The notes: generated by a model from the sequence alone, not told the origin. A stretch of 64,000 nucleotides of DNA from Pseudomonadota bacterium (GCA_049323815.1 JBMOOB010000020.1:20184-84183); one strand, 5' to 3'; positions 28,914 through 39,026 are shown, numbered from the stretch's first letter. Made by a program: numbers and translations.

Positions 28914-29680
28914 GCCGCCGCGCGCCGGAACTGCGCGGGCGGACCGCGATCGTCACCGGTGCCGCGTCGGGCATCGGCCGCGCGCTGGCGCTGAGGGCCG
29001 CCGCCGAGCGCATGGTCGTCGTCGCGTGCGACGTCGATGCGACGGGACTGGCCGACGTCGATGCCGAATGCCACCGGCGGGGCGTCGCCTGTCGCCCGAT
29101 CCACGCCGATGTGACCAGGCCCGAGGCACTGGAGGCCGTCGCGCATGCCGCGCGCATCCTGCCGCCGCCAGCGCTGCTTTTCGCCAATGCGGGCGTGCTG
29201 CGCGGCGGACCGGTGCTGGAGATGCCGATCGCCGACTGGCGCCGCCAATTCGAGATCAACGTGCTCGGCATGGTGCAGGTGCTCCAGCGCTTCGTGCCCG
29301 ACATGGTGCGCCGGGGCAATCGCGCGCAGGTGGTCGTCACCGGTTCGACCGGCAGCATGGCGGTGGCGCCGGGGCTGGCCGCCTATTGCGGCACCAAGCA
29401 CGCGCTGTGGCCGATCACCGAGGCGCTGCGCGACGAGCTGGCGGAGACGCCGGTGGGAGTGTCGCTGCTGATGCCGGGCGCGGTGGCGACGCATATCTTC
29501 GACGCGGTCGACCCGAACCGCCCCGCGCCGGCGGACTCGATCACGCCGGAGCGCGCCGCCGACATCGCCTTCGCAGGCGCGCTGGCGGACCAGCCGCTGA
29601 TCCTGACGCATCCGGATTTTGTCGCGCGCGCCGAGGCAAGATTTGCGGCGGCGGTGGAAGGGTTGCGGTGGGGGGATTGA
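28910..29680 (+). CDS. Short-chain dehydrogenase/reductase
   Basis: GTG start overlaps the LLM stop (GTGA). IVTGAASGIG, FANAG, YCGTK. Confidence 0.88.
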   Translation: MSRRAPELRGRTAIVTGAASGIGRALALRAAAERMVVVACDVDATGLADVDAECHRRGVACRPIHADVTRPEALEAVAHAARILPPPALLFANAGVLRGGPVLEMPIADWRRQFEINVLGMVQVLQRFVPDMVRRGNRAQVVVTGSTGSMAVAPGLAAYCGTKHALWPITEALRDELAETPVGVSLLMPGAVATHIFDAVDPNRPAPADSITPERAADIAFAGALADQPLILTHPDFVARAEARFAAAVEGLRWGD

Positions 29681-29884
29681 GGGGGGGGGCGGGCTCAGCT
29701 TAGCGTCGCGCCCCAATCGCGGCCGTTTAGCGCCGGCACCGTTTGATTCAGAACCCGCCATCGTTCACCAATCTTAGGCGGCTATAAGCGGCTGCTTTGA
29801 AGCAATTCCTTTGCTGCCGATCCGACCGAGAGCGTTATGGCCGGTCGGCAACCTGCCTCAGCTGCGGCTTGCGGGGAGAGGGAC

Positions 29885-30661
29885 TCACCGACGGCCCACA
29901 ATCAGAGGGCGGAAATGGCCGCGTTTCAGCCGCGTGAGCGCGTGCGTGAACTCCGGGAGCGCGGCGAAGCTGTCATGGAGCACGCTGGCCAACTGGACGA
30001 CATTGTCGCGATCCTGCTCGCTAAGGCTGCCCCTAATCAGGCATTTGAGCCAATAGCTGTTTTCCTCATCGAACACGTAACGCGGGTGTTTCAGCAGGAT
30101 CACAGCGTCGATATGGGGCAGCTGGTCGTCTCTAGCGTCATAGCCGCCCATCTTTCTTCCGATAAATGCTTCGTCGGCAGCATTGCCGCCCGGTTGCGTT
30201 GAATGGTCGGAAACGATGACGATACGGACGCTGTGCGCAGCACGATTGTGTGGGGCAAAAGCAATGAATTTCTTTTTCGCCTCCCGAAGCTGCTTGAGCA
30301 GCTGGCCAAGTATATAGTCAGTGATCTCGCGGTTCGCTGTCACTGGATCGGGAAAGTCGGCCATGATGCGGTCGATGCGAACCATGCCATAGGCGCCCCC
30401 GCGCCAGCCCTGTGCCTCCCCGATTGCCTTGAGACGGCGAACGACCTTGTCACTCACTTCATCCGGCCGAGATTTTCGCTCGATGAGAAGATAGCCGCCA
30501 AACGCAGAATGGTCGGGTGCCTTGTAGCGGCTTCCGTCGGGGAGCAGGTTATGTTCGTCTGGGGCAAAATGGCCGGGCATGGTCTCGATGATCGCCTTGA
30601 CCATCATATCCAGGGTCGGCTCCGGCTTTTGTGTTCGCCGAGACTCTGCTCCCGTAGTCAT
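29885..30661 (-). CDS. Hypothetical protein, AT-richer; possible PD-(D/E)XK-like fold
   Basis: 258-aa ORF with natural amino-acid composition and visibly lower GC than its neighbours. Motif APDHSAFGGYLLIERKS. Confidence 0.6.
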   Translation of the reverse strand: MTTGAESRRTQKPEPTLDMMVKAIIETMPGHFAPDEHNLLPDGSRYKAPDHSAFGGYLLIERKSRPDEVSDKVVRRLKAIGEAQGWRGGAYGMVRIDRIMADFPDPVTANREITDYILGQLLKQLREAKKKFIAFAPHNRAAHSVRIVIVSDHSTQPGGNAADEAFIGRKMGGYDARDDQLPHIDAVILLKHPRYVFDEENSYWLKCLIRGSLSEQDRDNVVQLASVLHDSFAALPEFTHALTRLKRGHFRPLIVGRR

Positions 30662-30824
30662 CTCGCAATTACGTCCCGGAGTTTTCGAGGAATAACGCCA
30701 TTGGCACGATGATAGACGAATCTAGATTTCAAGATATCGCTACACTAATATCTGCTTCCTAAGCCTGAACAGCCAGTCCCCTCCCGAGCCAAATGCGGCC
30801 AGCCTCCTTCCAATCCACCCCCCC

Positions 30825-31829
30825 TCACGCCACCTCGGGATGGAACTGGGCATACCATTCGCGGTACTTCAAAATCGGGCCGTCGGCGGCGCTCAGCAGG
30901 GGGCGGGCGACATAGGCCTTGTGCGGCCAGATCTTGCCGTCGCTCCATTGCTCCTTCAGCCCATGGTCGCGCGCGATCGCGGTGAAGCGCTCCACGGCGT
31001 CCGCGTCCAACGGGCAGTCGGCGTCGCGCAGGAACAACTGGCGGACGCGATAGTGGCTCAGCCCCTCGTCCACCGGCGTCACCGACACATAATAGACCGT
31101 CGTGATCCCCGGCGCATGCGGCGTGCGGCTTTCGACGCGCGACAGCCCGCCGCCGATTACTTCGCTTTCCACCGTCGATCCGATGCCGCGCTCCACCGGC
31201 CCGTCATAATCGGCGGGCAGGATGCGCACGGGGCTGAAGAAGCGCGGGCCCTCCGTCACGATCGCGCCGTCGCTGACTGCGCGGCCGGTCGAATGCACGC
31301 CGGGGAAATGGGCGAAGTCGACGCCGTTTTCGAACACGTCCTGCGGATGCGCCGATCCGAAGTCGTCGTGCAGCTTGTGGAACCCCGCGCCGGGGATGAC
31401 GGCGCTTTCGTCCCATTCGGGCAAGTCGAAAAAGGGCTCGCGCCCGTCCAGGTCGTGCCAGACGAAGATCATGCCGCCACGCGCGCACGTCGGCCAGGCG
31501 CGTACCTTTGCCTGCGGCGGCACCGCCCTGGCATAGGGCACGTGGACGCACTTGCCCGACGTGTTGTAGCGCCACTGGTGGAACGGGCACACGATCGTCT
31601 CGCCCTCGACCCAGCCTTCATAGCCCAGGTGCGCCCCCAGATGCGGGCAATGCGCGTCGGTGACGGCGGCCGCGCCGCTTTGCGTGCGGAACAGCACCAT
31701 TTCCTGCCCGAAATAGCGCATCGGGCGGATTTCGCCCGGCGCCAGTTCGTCGGCAAAGGCTATCGCGAACCAGCCGGTAGGATAGGGGTGAAAGGGATAG
31801 CGCGTTCCGAACTTGCTCAATGCACCCAT
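30825..31829 (-). CDS. Rieske [2Fe-2S] non-heme iron oxygenase, KshA/Neverland-like
   Basis: YPTGWF, CPHLG-x-CPFH Rieske motif, mononuclear-iron motif ENGVDFAHFPGVH. Confidence 0.88.
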   Translation of the reverse strand: MGALSKFGTRYPFHPYPTGWFAIAFADELAPGEIRPMRYFGQEMVLFRTQSGAAAVTDAHCPHLGAHLGYEGWVEGETIVCPFHQWRYNTSGKCVHVPYARAVPPQAKVRAWPTCARGGMIFVWHDLDGREPFFDLPEWDESAVIPGAGFHKLHDDFGSAHPQDVFENGVDFAHFPGVHSTGRAVSDGAIVTEGPRFFSPVRILPADYDGPVERGIGSTVESEVIGGGLSRVESRTPHAPGITTVYYVSVTPVDEGLSHYRVRQLFLRDADCPLDADAVERFTAIARDHGLKEQWSDGKIWPHKAYVARPLLSAADGPILKYREWYAQFHPEVA

Positions 31830-31859
31830 GGTCGTTCCCCTCCAGGCTTGTTTTGGTCG

Positions 31860-32642
<783 letters not shown>

Positions 32643-32669
32643 GCGATCCTCCGGAAGAAAGGGAAAAGC

Positions 32670-33440
32670 TCAGCCGGCGGTGTAGCCGCCGTCGACATAC
32701 AGCGTCTGGCCGGTGACAAATCCGCTGGCCGGCGACGCGAGGAACAAAAGCGCGCCCATCAGGTCGTCGGTTTCGCCCAACCGCCCGATCGGCGTGCGAT
32801 CGACGACGCGCGCGTAGAGTTCGGGCTGGGTGCGGACCAGCTCGCGGTTCAGGTCGGTCACGATCACCGTCGCGCCGAGGGTATTGACGGTCACGCCGTG
32901 CGGCCCGAATTCGAACGCGCAGGCGGCGCCGAAATTGGCGAGCCCCGCCTTGGACGCGCAATAGGCGCCGCGATTGGCCATGCCGCGCCCCGACAGGATC
33001 GACCCCATGTTGATGATGCGGCCGTATTTCCGCGCGATCATGCGCGGCGCGAAGGCGCGCACCGCCAGGAAGGCGCCAACGATGTTCACCTGCTGCACGC
33101 GCGCGAAATCCTCGACCGACACGTCGAGCACGGCCTGCGGATTGGTGATGCCGGCGTTGTTGTAGAGGATGTCGATGCGACCCATCTCGCGCTCGATCGT
33201 CGCGGCGGCGTCCTGCAGCGCGGTGTCGTCGGTCACGTCGGCCTCGACGATGATCGCGCGGCGCCCGGCGGCTTCCACCGCCGCCGCCGCCGTTTCCAGC
33301 TTGGCGCGGTTGCGCGCGATCAGCGCGACGTCGGCGCCCGCATCGGCCAGCGCCCGCGCGCCCGCCGACCCCAGCCCGCCGCCACCGCCGGTCACCACCG
33401 CGACCTGGCCGTCGAGCGCGAAGCGGTCGATCGCCTTCAC
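32670..33440 (-). CDS. SDR (classical, KduD/Ga5DH-like)
   Basis: VTGGGGGLG, YNNAG, YCASK, GQTLYVDGG. Confidence 0.92.
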   Translation of the reverse strand: MKAIDRFALDGQVAVVTGGGGGLGSAGARALADAGADVALIARNRAKLETAAAAVEAAGRRAIIVEADVTDDTALQDAAATIEREMGRIDILYNNAGITNPQAVLDVSVEDFARVQQVNIVGAFLAVRAFAPRMIARKYGRIINMGSILSGRGMANRGAYCASKAGLANFGAACAFEFGPHGVTVNTLGATVIVTDLNRELVRTQPELYARVVDRTPIGRLGETDDLMGALLFLASPASGFVTGQTLYVDGGYTAG

Positions 33441-33616
33441 GCCGTCACGCCCCCGCCGCGCACGTCGATCAGCGCCGCGATGCGCGCGCGCAGATAGTCA
33501 TACTGGCCGGCCAGCAACTGATCGTCGGTGTCGGCGAGCCGCTCGGCCAGCGCCAGCATCTCGGCGAGCAGCCGGTCGTCCTCATGTGGTTCGGACGGCA
33601 TCCCAGTCTCTCCCAT
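33437..33616 (-). CDS. Small acidic hypothetical protein (59 aa, or 54 aa from ATG 33601)
   Basis: MGETGMPSEPHEDDRLLAEMLALAERLADTDDQLLAGQYDYLRARIAALIDVRGGGVTA. ATG overlaps the upstream TGA and its TGA overlaps the downstream GTG. High GC3 codon usage. Below the ORF-track cutoff. Confidence 0.7.
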   Translation of the reverse strand: MGETGMPSEPHEDDRLLAEMLALAERLADTDDQLLAGQYDYLRARIAALIDVRGGGVTA

Positions 33617-35016
33617 CAGAGCCGATAGCCCTGCTGGCGCTCGTCCTTCCAGCGCCGGGCCTTGTAGGCGAAGTCCTTGAATTCGGAGCGCGGCACTTCG
33701 ACCACGTCCATCCAGACGTTGGTGCGCTCCTTGATCTTCCTGCGGATCGATTCGGTCAGCCGCGCGCGCTCGTCCTCGCCCAGCGCGCCGACATGCTCGG
33801 CGACGGCGTAGCGGACCTCGATCTCGGTCCTGGCGTCGCGCGTGTAGAGGCGGCCGTCATATTCGCCGACTTCGGCGTGCGCGAAGACGGCGGCGTCGAT
33901 CATCGCGGGCCACACATTGTTGCCGCGAATCTTCATCATGTCGTCGAACCGGCCGATCGTGCCGCATTCGACCGCGTTCCACGCGCCGCCGCCGCATTCC
34001 TGCCACGGCACCAGCCGCGCGGCGTCGCCGGTGCGGAACCGGACCACCGGGCTGCCCTCGACCGACAGGTTGGTGACGATCATCTCGCCGACTTCGCCGG
34101 GCAGCGTCGGCGCGCCGGTCGCGGGGTCGACGATCTCGACCATCGATTCCCATTCGAACAGGCGGATCAGCCCGCGCCCGTCGCCGCGGAACACGCCCGC
34201 CGCCCCGGTGGAGCCGCCGAAGCCGTTGAGCTGCGTGCTGCCATAGCCTTCCTGCAACCGGCAGCCCCAATGTTCCTCGATCTTCGCCGCCCATTCGAGC
34301 GGATAGCCCTCCGCCGCAATGAACAGGCCGTGCATGTCGGGAAATGCCTCGCGCGGGGAAATGCCGCGCGCCAGCAGCGCCTCGGTCAGCGTGTGGAGAT
34401 AGTTGGTCGAGGCATAGATGAACTGCATGCCGCCGATCTTGGTCAGCAGGTCGATCTTCGCCTCGGTCGACAAATTGCCGCCCAGGTGGAAACCGGTGGC
34501 GCCCATGATGCGGATCGCCTCGCCGGGTCCCCAGCCGCCCGTCGTCATCCCCCCGGCGGGGACACAGTTGATCGCCGTGTCGCCCTTGCGCAGCCCCGCC
34601 ATGTACCAGGGCAGCGCGTGGAGATAGCCGAGCATGTGCACGTCGCGCTGAGTGCGGCCATAGATTTCCTGACCCTGCCCCGACGTGCCGCTGGTCATGC
34701 TGATGTGCACCACCTGCTCGCGATCGACGCCCAGCCGCGTACCGAACGGCGGGTTTTCCGCCTGATCGGCCAGGAACGCCTTCTTGTCGCTGGTCGGCAT
34801 CGCCTTGATGAACTGGTCGAGGCTCGTCACCTTGCCGTCGGCAAGGCCGCCCTCCGCCATCCGCGCGCGATAGAAGCTGCTCTTGGCCCACAGCCGCTCG
34901 CACAATGCCTGCACGCGCGTAAGCTGATAGGCCTCCAGCTCGTCGCGCGTCATGTCGTGGAAGCGCCGCAGCAGCGGCGACTGGGCAAAGGGATCGGCGA
35001 CGGGCGGCGATGCCAT
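33616..35016 (-). CDS. Phenylacetate-CoA ligase (PaaK)-family adenylate-forming enzyme
   Basis: MTSGTSGQG P-loop, EGYGSTQ, VVRFRTGD, GRFDDMMKIRGNNVWP. Confidence 0.88.
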   Translation of the reverse strand: MASPPVADPFAQSPLLRRFHDMTRDELEAYQLTRVQALCERLWAKSSFYRARMAEGGLADGKVTSLDQFIKAMPTSDKKAFLADQAENPPFGTRLGVDREQVVHISMTSGTSGQGQEIYGRTQRDVHMLGYLHALPWYMAGLRKGDTAINCVPAGGMTTGGWGPGEAIRIMGATGFHLGGNLSTEAKIDLLTKIGGMQFIYASTNYLHTLTEALLARGISPREAFPDMHGLFIAAEGYPLEWAAKIEEHWGCRLQEGYGSTQLNGFGGSTGAAGVFRGDGRGLIRLFEWESMVEIVDPATGAPTLPGEVGEMIVTNLSVEGSPVVRFRTGDAARLVPWQECGGGAWNAVECGTIGRFDDMMKIRGNNVWPAMIDAAVFAHAEVGEYDGRLYTRDARTEIEVRYAVAEHVGALGEDERARLTESIRRKIKERTNVWMDVVEVPRSEFKDFAYKARRWKDERQQGYRL

Positions 35017-35020
35017 GGGG

Positions 35021-35443
35021 TCAGCCCTCCATCGGCCGGAACGCAGGCAGCGTGATCTCCGGCGTCACGTCGTTGAAGACGATTTCGACCTTCATTCCCG
35101 CCGCCACGTCCTCGGGCGTGCAGCCGACGATGTTCGCCGGGATGCGGCATCCCTCGTCCAGCGTCACCAGCGCGACGACATAGGGCACCTTGTCGGCATA
35201 GACGTCGCGCGGCACCGGGTGGCGCACGGTGATCCAGCTGAATACCGTGCCCTTGCCGCTGGCCTCGACCCACTCAGGCCGGTCGAGCCCGCCGGGTGCG
35301 AAAGTGACGGGCGGGAACAGATAGTCGCCGTTGGCCGCGCGCTGCACCATCAGCCGGTGGGCGCGCATACCATCCCAGAAGGGCCTCGTCTCGGGATCGG
35401 GGACAGGCAGCGGGCCGTAATAGTCGGTTGCGGGTTCGGTCAT
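35021..35443 (-). CDS. DUF35-type (rubredoxin-like ribbon + OB-fold) protein lacking the ribbon cysteines
   Basis: PETRPFWDG..LMVQRAANGDYLFPP..ASGKGTVFSWITV..PYVVALVTLDEG..VAAGMKVEIVF. Confidence 0.85.
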   Translation of the reverse strand: MTEPATDYYGPLPVPDPETRPFWDGMRAHRLMVQRAANGDYLFPPVTFAPGGLDRPEWVEASGKGTVFSWITVRHPVPRDVYADKVPYVVALVTLDEGCRIPANIVGCTPEDVAAGMKVEIVFNDVTPEITLPAFRPMEG

Positions 35444-35446
35444 CGG

Positions 35447-36604
35447 TCAGTTCCTCAGGATCATGGCGCTGCCGCAGGTCATCGCGCCCGCGGTGGTGAG
35501 GCAGATTTCCGCTCCGTCGATCTGGCGCTCGCCGGCATCGCCGCGCAACTGCTCGACGGCTTCGAGAACGTGGTTGAAGCCGTGGATATAGGCCTCGGAC
35601 AGCAACCCCCCGGCGGTGTTGAGCGGCAGCGCGCCGTCGCGGCGGATGCGGCCGTCCATCACGAACGGCCCGCCTTCGCCTTCCTTGCAGAAGCCGAGCC
35701 CTTCCAGCGCCATCAGCACCGAATAGGTGAAACAGTCATAGATTTGCGCGACGTCGACATCCTGCGGGCCGATGCCGGCGCTGTTCCACAGATCGTCCGC
35801 CAGATATTTGAAGCAATTGTGCGCATGGCTGGGCCAGCGGATCGCGTCGAACAGGTCGTCGCCCTGGCTGGGGCCGCCCCCATAGGCGCCGCCCATGATA
35901 TAGACGGGCTTGTGCGGCAAGTCGCGGGCATGCTCCGCCGAAGTGATGACAACCGCGCAGGCGCCGTCGCTTTCCAGGCAGATGTCGTACATGCGGAACG
36001 GATCGACGATCGGGCGCGAGTTGAAATATTGCTCCTTGCTCATCGGCTCGCGCTGCATCGCGCGCGGGTTGCGCGTGGCATTGTCGCGGAAGGTGGTGGC
36101 AATCTCCGCCCAATGCTCGGGGCTGGTGCCGTACTCGATCATGTGGCGACGCGCCCACATCGCCATCGCCTGCGGATAGGTGATCCAGCCGAGCGGTGCA
36201 GTGAACTGCGTCACGCCATAGGCCGACATGTCGCGCCCGCCGCCGAGCCGGAACCCCGACCGGCCGTTCATCGCGCGAAAGCACACGACGTTCTTGGCCA
36301 ACCCCGCCTCGATCGCGGCGCAGGCGGCCAGCGTGATAAGGTTCGCGCCGTTGCCGCCCGCCGCATAGTCGACGGCATAGCCCGCGTTTTCTATCCCCAT
36401 CTCGGTCGCGACGCCGATCGCGGGGGCGCTGTCGTTGAAATTGAAGCTGACGATGCCGTCGATGTCGGACACCTTCAGCCCGGCGTCGGCGATCGCCTTC
36501 AGGCACGCCTCGGACGCCAGGCTGCGCACCGTGCGCCCCGAATTCTTGCTGTATTCGGTGTTGCCGATCCCGGCGATGGCGTATTTGTCGCGAAGCTTGA
36601 ACAT
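35447..36604 (-). CDS. Thiolase-superfamily aldolase (Ltp2/SCP2-thiolase-like)
   Basis: AIAGIGNTEYSKNSGR; GGNG where thiolases have the nucleophilic Cys; AQIYDCFT; LNTAGGLLSEAYIHG. Confidence 0.88.
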   Translation of the reverse strand: MFKLRDKYAIAGIGNTEYSKNSGRTVRSLASEACLKAIADAGLKVSDIDGIVSFNFNDSAPAIGVATEMGIENAGYAVDYAAGGNGANLITLAACAAIEAGLAKNVVCFRAMNGRSGFRLGGGRDMSAYGVTQFTAPLGWITYPQAMAMWARRHMIEYGTSPEHWAEIATTFRDNATRNPRAMQREPMSKEQYFNSRPIVDPFRMYDICLESDGACAVVITSAEHARDLPHKPVYIMGGAYGGGPSQGDDLFDAIRWPSHAHNCFKYLADDLWNSAGIGPQDVDVAQIYDCFTYSVLMALEGLGFCKEGEGGPFVMDGRIRRDGALPLNTAGGLLSEAYIHGFNHVLEAVEQLRGDAGERQIDGAEICLTTAGAMTCGSAMILRN

Positions 36605-37404
36605 CAGTTTTCCTCTGGGCCGCCGCCGAAGCGGGGCGCGCGTTTTTCCTTGAAGGCGATCAGGCCCTCGGTGGCGTCGGGTTCGGTGGTGGCATAGGCA
36701 TGGACGAACGCGATCTCGGCGCGCAGCCCCTCGGCATAGCCGGTGTCGAGCGTCAGGTTGGCGAGCCGCTTGGCGCCGGCGAGGCCGACGGGGCTCTTCT
36801 TCGCCAGTCCGTCGATCCAGGCATCGGCGGCCGCCATCAGCGCACCATCGGGAACGACTTTGGTTACCAGCCCCCAGCGCTCGGCAGTCTCGGCGTCGAG
36901 CAGTTCGCCGGTCAGCATCAGATGCTTGGCGCGCAGCATGCCGATCGCACGCGGCAACCGCTGCGACCCGCCCGCGCCGGGCAACTGGCCGAAGTTCAGA
37001 TGGCCGTCGCCGATTTTTGCCGAAGCACCCGCGATCGCCATGTCGCACGCCAGCAGCACTTCGATGCCGCCCGCCACGCACACGCCGTTGACCGCCGCGA
37101 TCCAGATCGCGCGCGCCGCCTCTATCCCCGTCAGCATCGCGAAGAAATCGTCGAGGAACGCCTGGAACGCCGCCGGATCGCGATAGAGGCGGATATAGCC
37201 GTCCAGGTCGCCGCCGGCCGAGAAGCTGCGCCCCTCGCCCGTCAGCACGACGAAGCGGATCGCGGCATCCGCCTCGATTTCCGCCACCACTGCCTTCAGT
37301 TCCTTGACGGTCGACCAGTCGAGCGGATTGAGCTTGTCGGGCCGCGCCAGTGTGACGCGCGCGACATGCCCCGATTTCTCCAGCCGCAGGTTCTGATAGG
37401 TCAT
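36604..37404 (-). CDS. Enoyl-CoA hydratase/isomerase family protein
   Basis: FSAGGDL, AAVNGVCVAGGIE, PGAGGSQRLPR. The second catalytic Glu position reads DGH. Confidence 0.9.
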   Translation of the reverse strand: MTYQNLRLEKSGHVARVTLARPDKLNPLDWSTVKELKAVVAEIEADAAIRFVVLTGEGRSFSAGGDLDGYIRLYRDPAAFQAFLDDFFAMLTGIEAARAIWIAAVNGVCVAGGIEVLLACDMAIAGASAKIGDGHLNFGQLPGAGGSQRLPRAIGMLRAKHLMLTGELLDAETAERWGLVTKVVPDGALMAAADAWIDGLAKKSPVGLAGAKRLANLTLDTGYAEGLRAEIAFVHAYATTEPDATEGLIAFKEKRAPRFGGGPEEN

Positions 37405-39026
37405 GCCGGCACTCCCCAGCGCTTCCTGGCGTCGGCGGTCAGTTCGCCCTTGGCCACCTTGCCCCCGGACGACCGCGGCAGGTCGTCCATCAGCACCAGA
37501 TATTCAGGAAACCATTCGCGGCTGACGCCGCGATCGGTCAGGTGGCGGGTAATCTCGTCGAGCGTCGGCTGCGTATTCGGGCGCGGTGCGACGTAGATGC
37601 ACACCCGCTCGCCGAACACGGGATCGGGCGCGGGCACAGCAGCGCACAGCGCGACCGAGGGATGCGTCGCCACTTCGGCCTCGATCATCGGCGCCGACAG
37701 ATTCTTGCCGCCACGAATGATGAATTCAGACGTGCGGCCGACAACCTTCAGATAGCCGTCCGCGTCGACTTCGACGATGTCGCCCATCAGCATCCATCCA
37801 TCGTCGGTGAACAGCGCCGCGTTCGCCGCGTCATCGTCCCAATAGCCGAGGCATGCGGCCGGTCCCCGGCACGCCGGCTGGCCCCTGCCCGCCACTTCCT
37901 CCCGCGTCGCGGGATCGAACAGCCGCACCTCCATCGCCGGGATGACCTGCCCCGCCGTCGTCAGCCGGTGCTCGCGCGTGTCGGCGGCCGTGGTGCGGCT
38001 GAGCGCACCCGTCTCGTTCGAGCCGTAGAATTGCAGGACGGCGGCGCCGGTCACTTCCTCGAACTCCGCCGCGCGGCGATAGGGAACCGCCTCGCCCCCG
38101 GTGAACATGCAGCGCAGCGACGACAGGTCGCGCGGCCGTTCCGCCTGTTCGTTCAGCATCATGATGAACTGCGTGCTGACGCAGCACAGCACCGTCACGC
38201 GCTCGCGCTCGATCATGTCGAGCGCGACGCCCGCGTCGAAGCGCGGAAGCACGACTGTCGGCACGCCCAGGATCGTGGGCGAGAAATGCGCGGTCCACAG
38301 GCCGAAGCCGAACGGCATCGGCACCGCGCCCAGGAAGATCTCGTCCTCGGCGAAGCGCCCCGCCTCGGCCGCGACCTGATGAAAATAGAACCAGCGGTTC
38401 TGCGTGTGCATCACGCATTTGGGCAGGCCGGTCGTGCCCGACGTCGAGTTGATGAGGAACAGCGCGTCGGGATCGGGATCGCGCAGCGGCGGATGGTCGG
38501 GCATGGCGCCCGCGCTCCAGTTGCGCGCCTCCATCAGGTCGGGGACGGCCAGCAGGTGGCGCACCGGTGCACCAATGCGTGCCAGCGCGTCGCGCAGTTC
38601 CTCGATCGTGCGGTCGCGCATCACCGGATGCGCGATCAGCACCTCGGCGCCTGTGCGGCCGAGCAGGTGCGCGATTTCCGCCAGCCCGGCGCGCGCGCCG
38701 ATGCCGACGGCGACCAGCCGCGCGCGCTCGACACCCAGCAACGCGGCGTGGACGGCGGGACCGTCGGGCAGCAGCACCGCGACGCGCGCGCCCGGCGCCA
38801 GCTCCATCGCCGCGAGCAGCGCCGCGATACGGGTCGCCGCGCGGTCATAGGCACCCCAGCCGAAACTGCCGGCGGGCGTGATGAACGCGGGCGCGGCGGG
38901 CTTGCTCCCCGCCAGCGCGGCGACGCGCGCGGACAGCGTCGCGTCGCTCCACCAGCCGGCAGCGCGATAGCGGGCGGCCGCTTCCGGATCGGCGCGCAGG
39001 CTGCGGGCGACCTCAAGCGGGCTCAA
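37401..39026 (-). CDS. Acyl-CoA synthetase (cyclohexanecarboxylate-CoA-ligase-like); start approximate (TTG)
   Basis: RYRAAGWW, NSTSGTTGLPK, FYGSNETG, IIRGGKN, PRSSGGKVAK. Confidence 0.88.
   Translation of the reverse strand: MSPLEVARSLRADPEAAARYRAAGWWSDATLSARVAALAGSKPAAPAFITPAGSFGWGAYDRAATRIAALLAAMELAPGARVAVLLPDGPAVHAALLGVERARLVAVGIGARAGLAEIAHLLGRTGAEVLIAHPVMRDRTIEELRDALARIGAPVRHLLAVPDLMEARNWSAGAMPDHPPLRDPDPDALFLINSTSGTTGLPKCVMHTQNRWFYFHQVAAEAGRFAEDEIFLGAVPMPFGFGLWTAHFSPTILGVPTVVLPRFDAGVALDMIERERVTVLCCVSTQFIMMLNEQAERPRDLSSLRCMFTGGEAVPYRRAAEFEEVTGAAVLQFYGSNETGALSRTTAADTREHRLTTAGQVIPAMEVRLFDPATREEVAGRGQPACRGPAACLGYWDDDAANAALFTDDGWMLMGDIVEVDADGYLKVVGRTSEFIIRGGKNLSAPMIEAEVATHPSVALCAAVPAPDPVFGERVCIYVAPRPNTQPTLDEITRHLTDRGVSREWFPEYLVLMDDLPRSSGGKVAKGELTADARKRWGVPA

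Noticed and set aside
29740-29884. Possible integron attC site after the orphan gene
   Set aside because: No RYYYAAC..GTTRRRY core pair was found and there is no integrase; only short hairpins are present.
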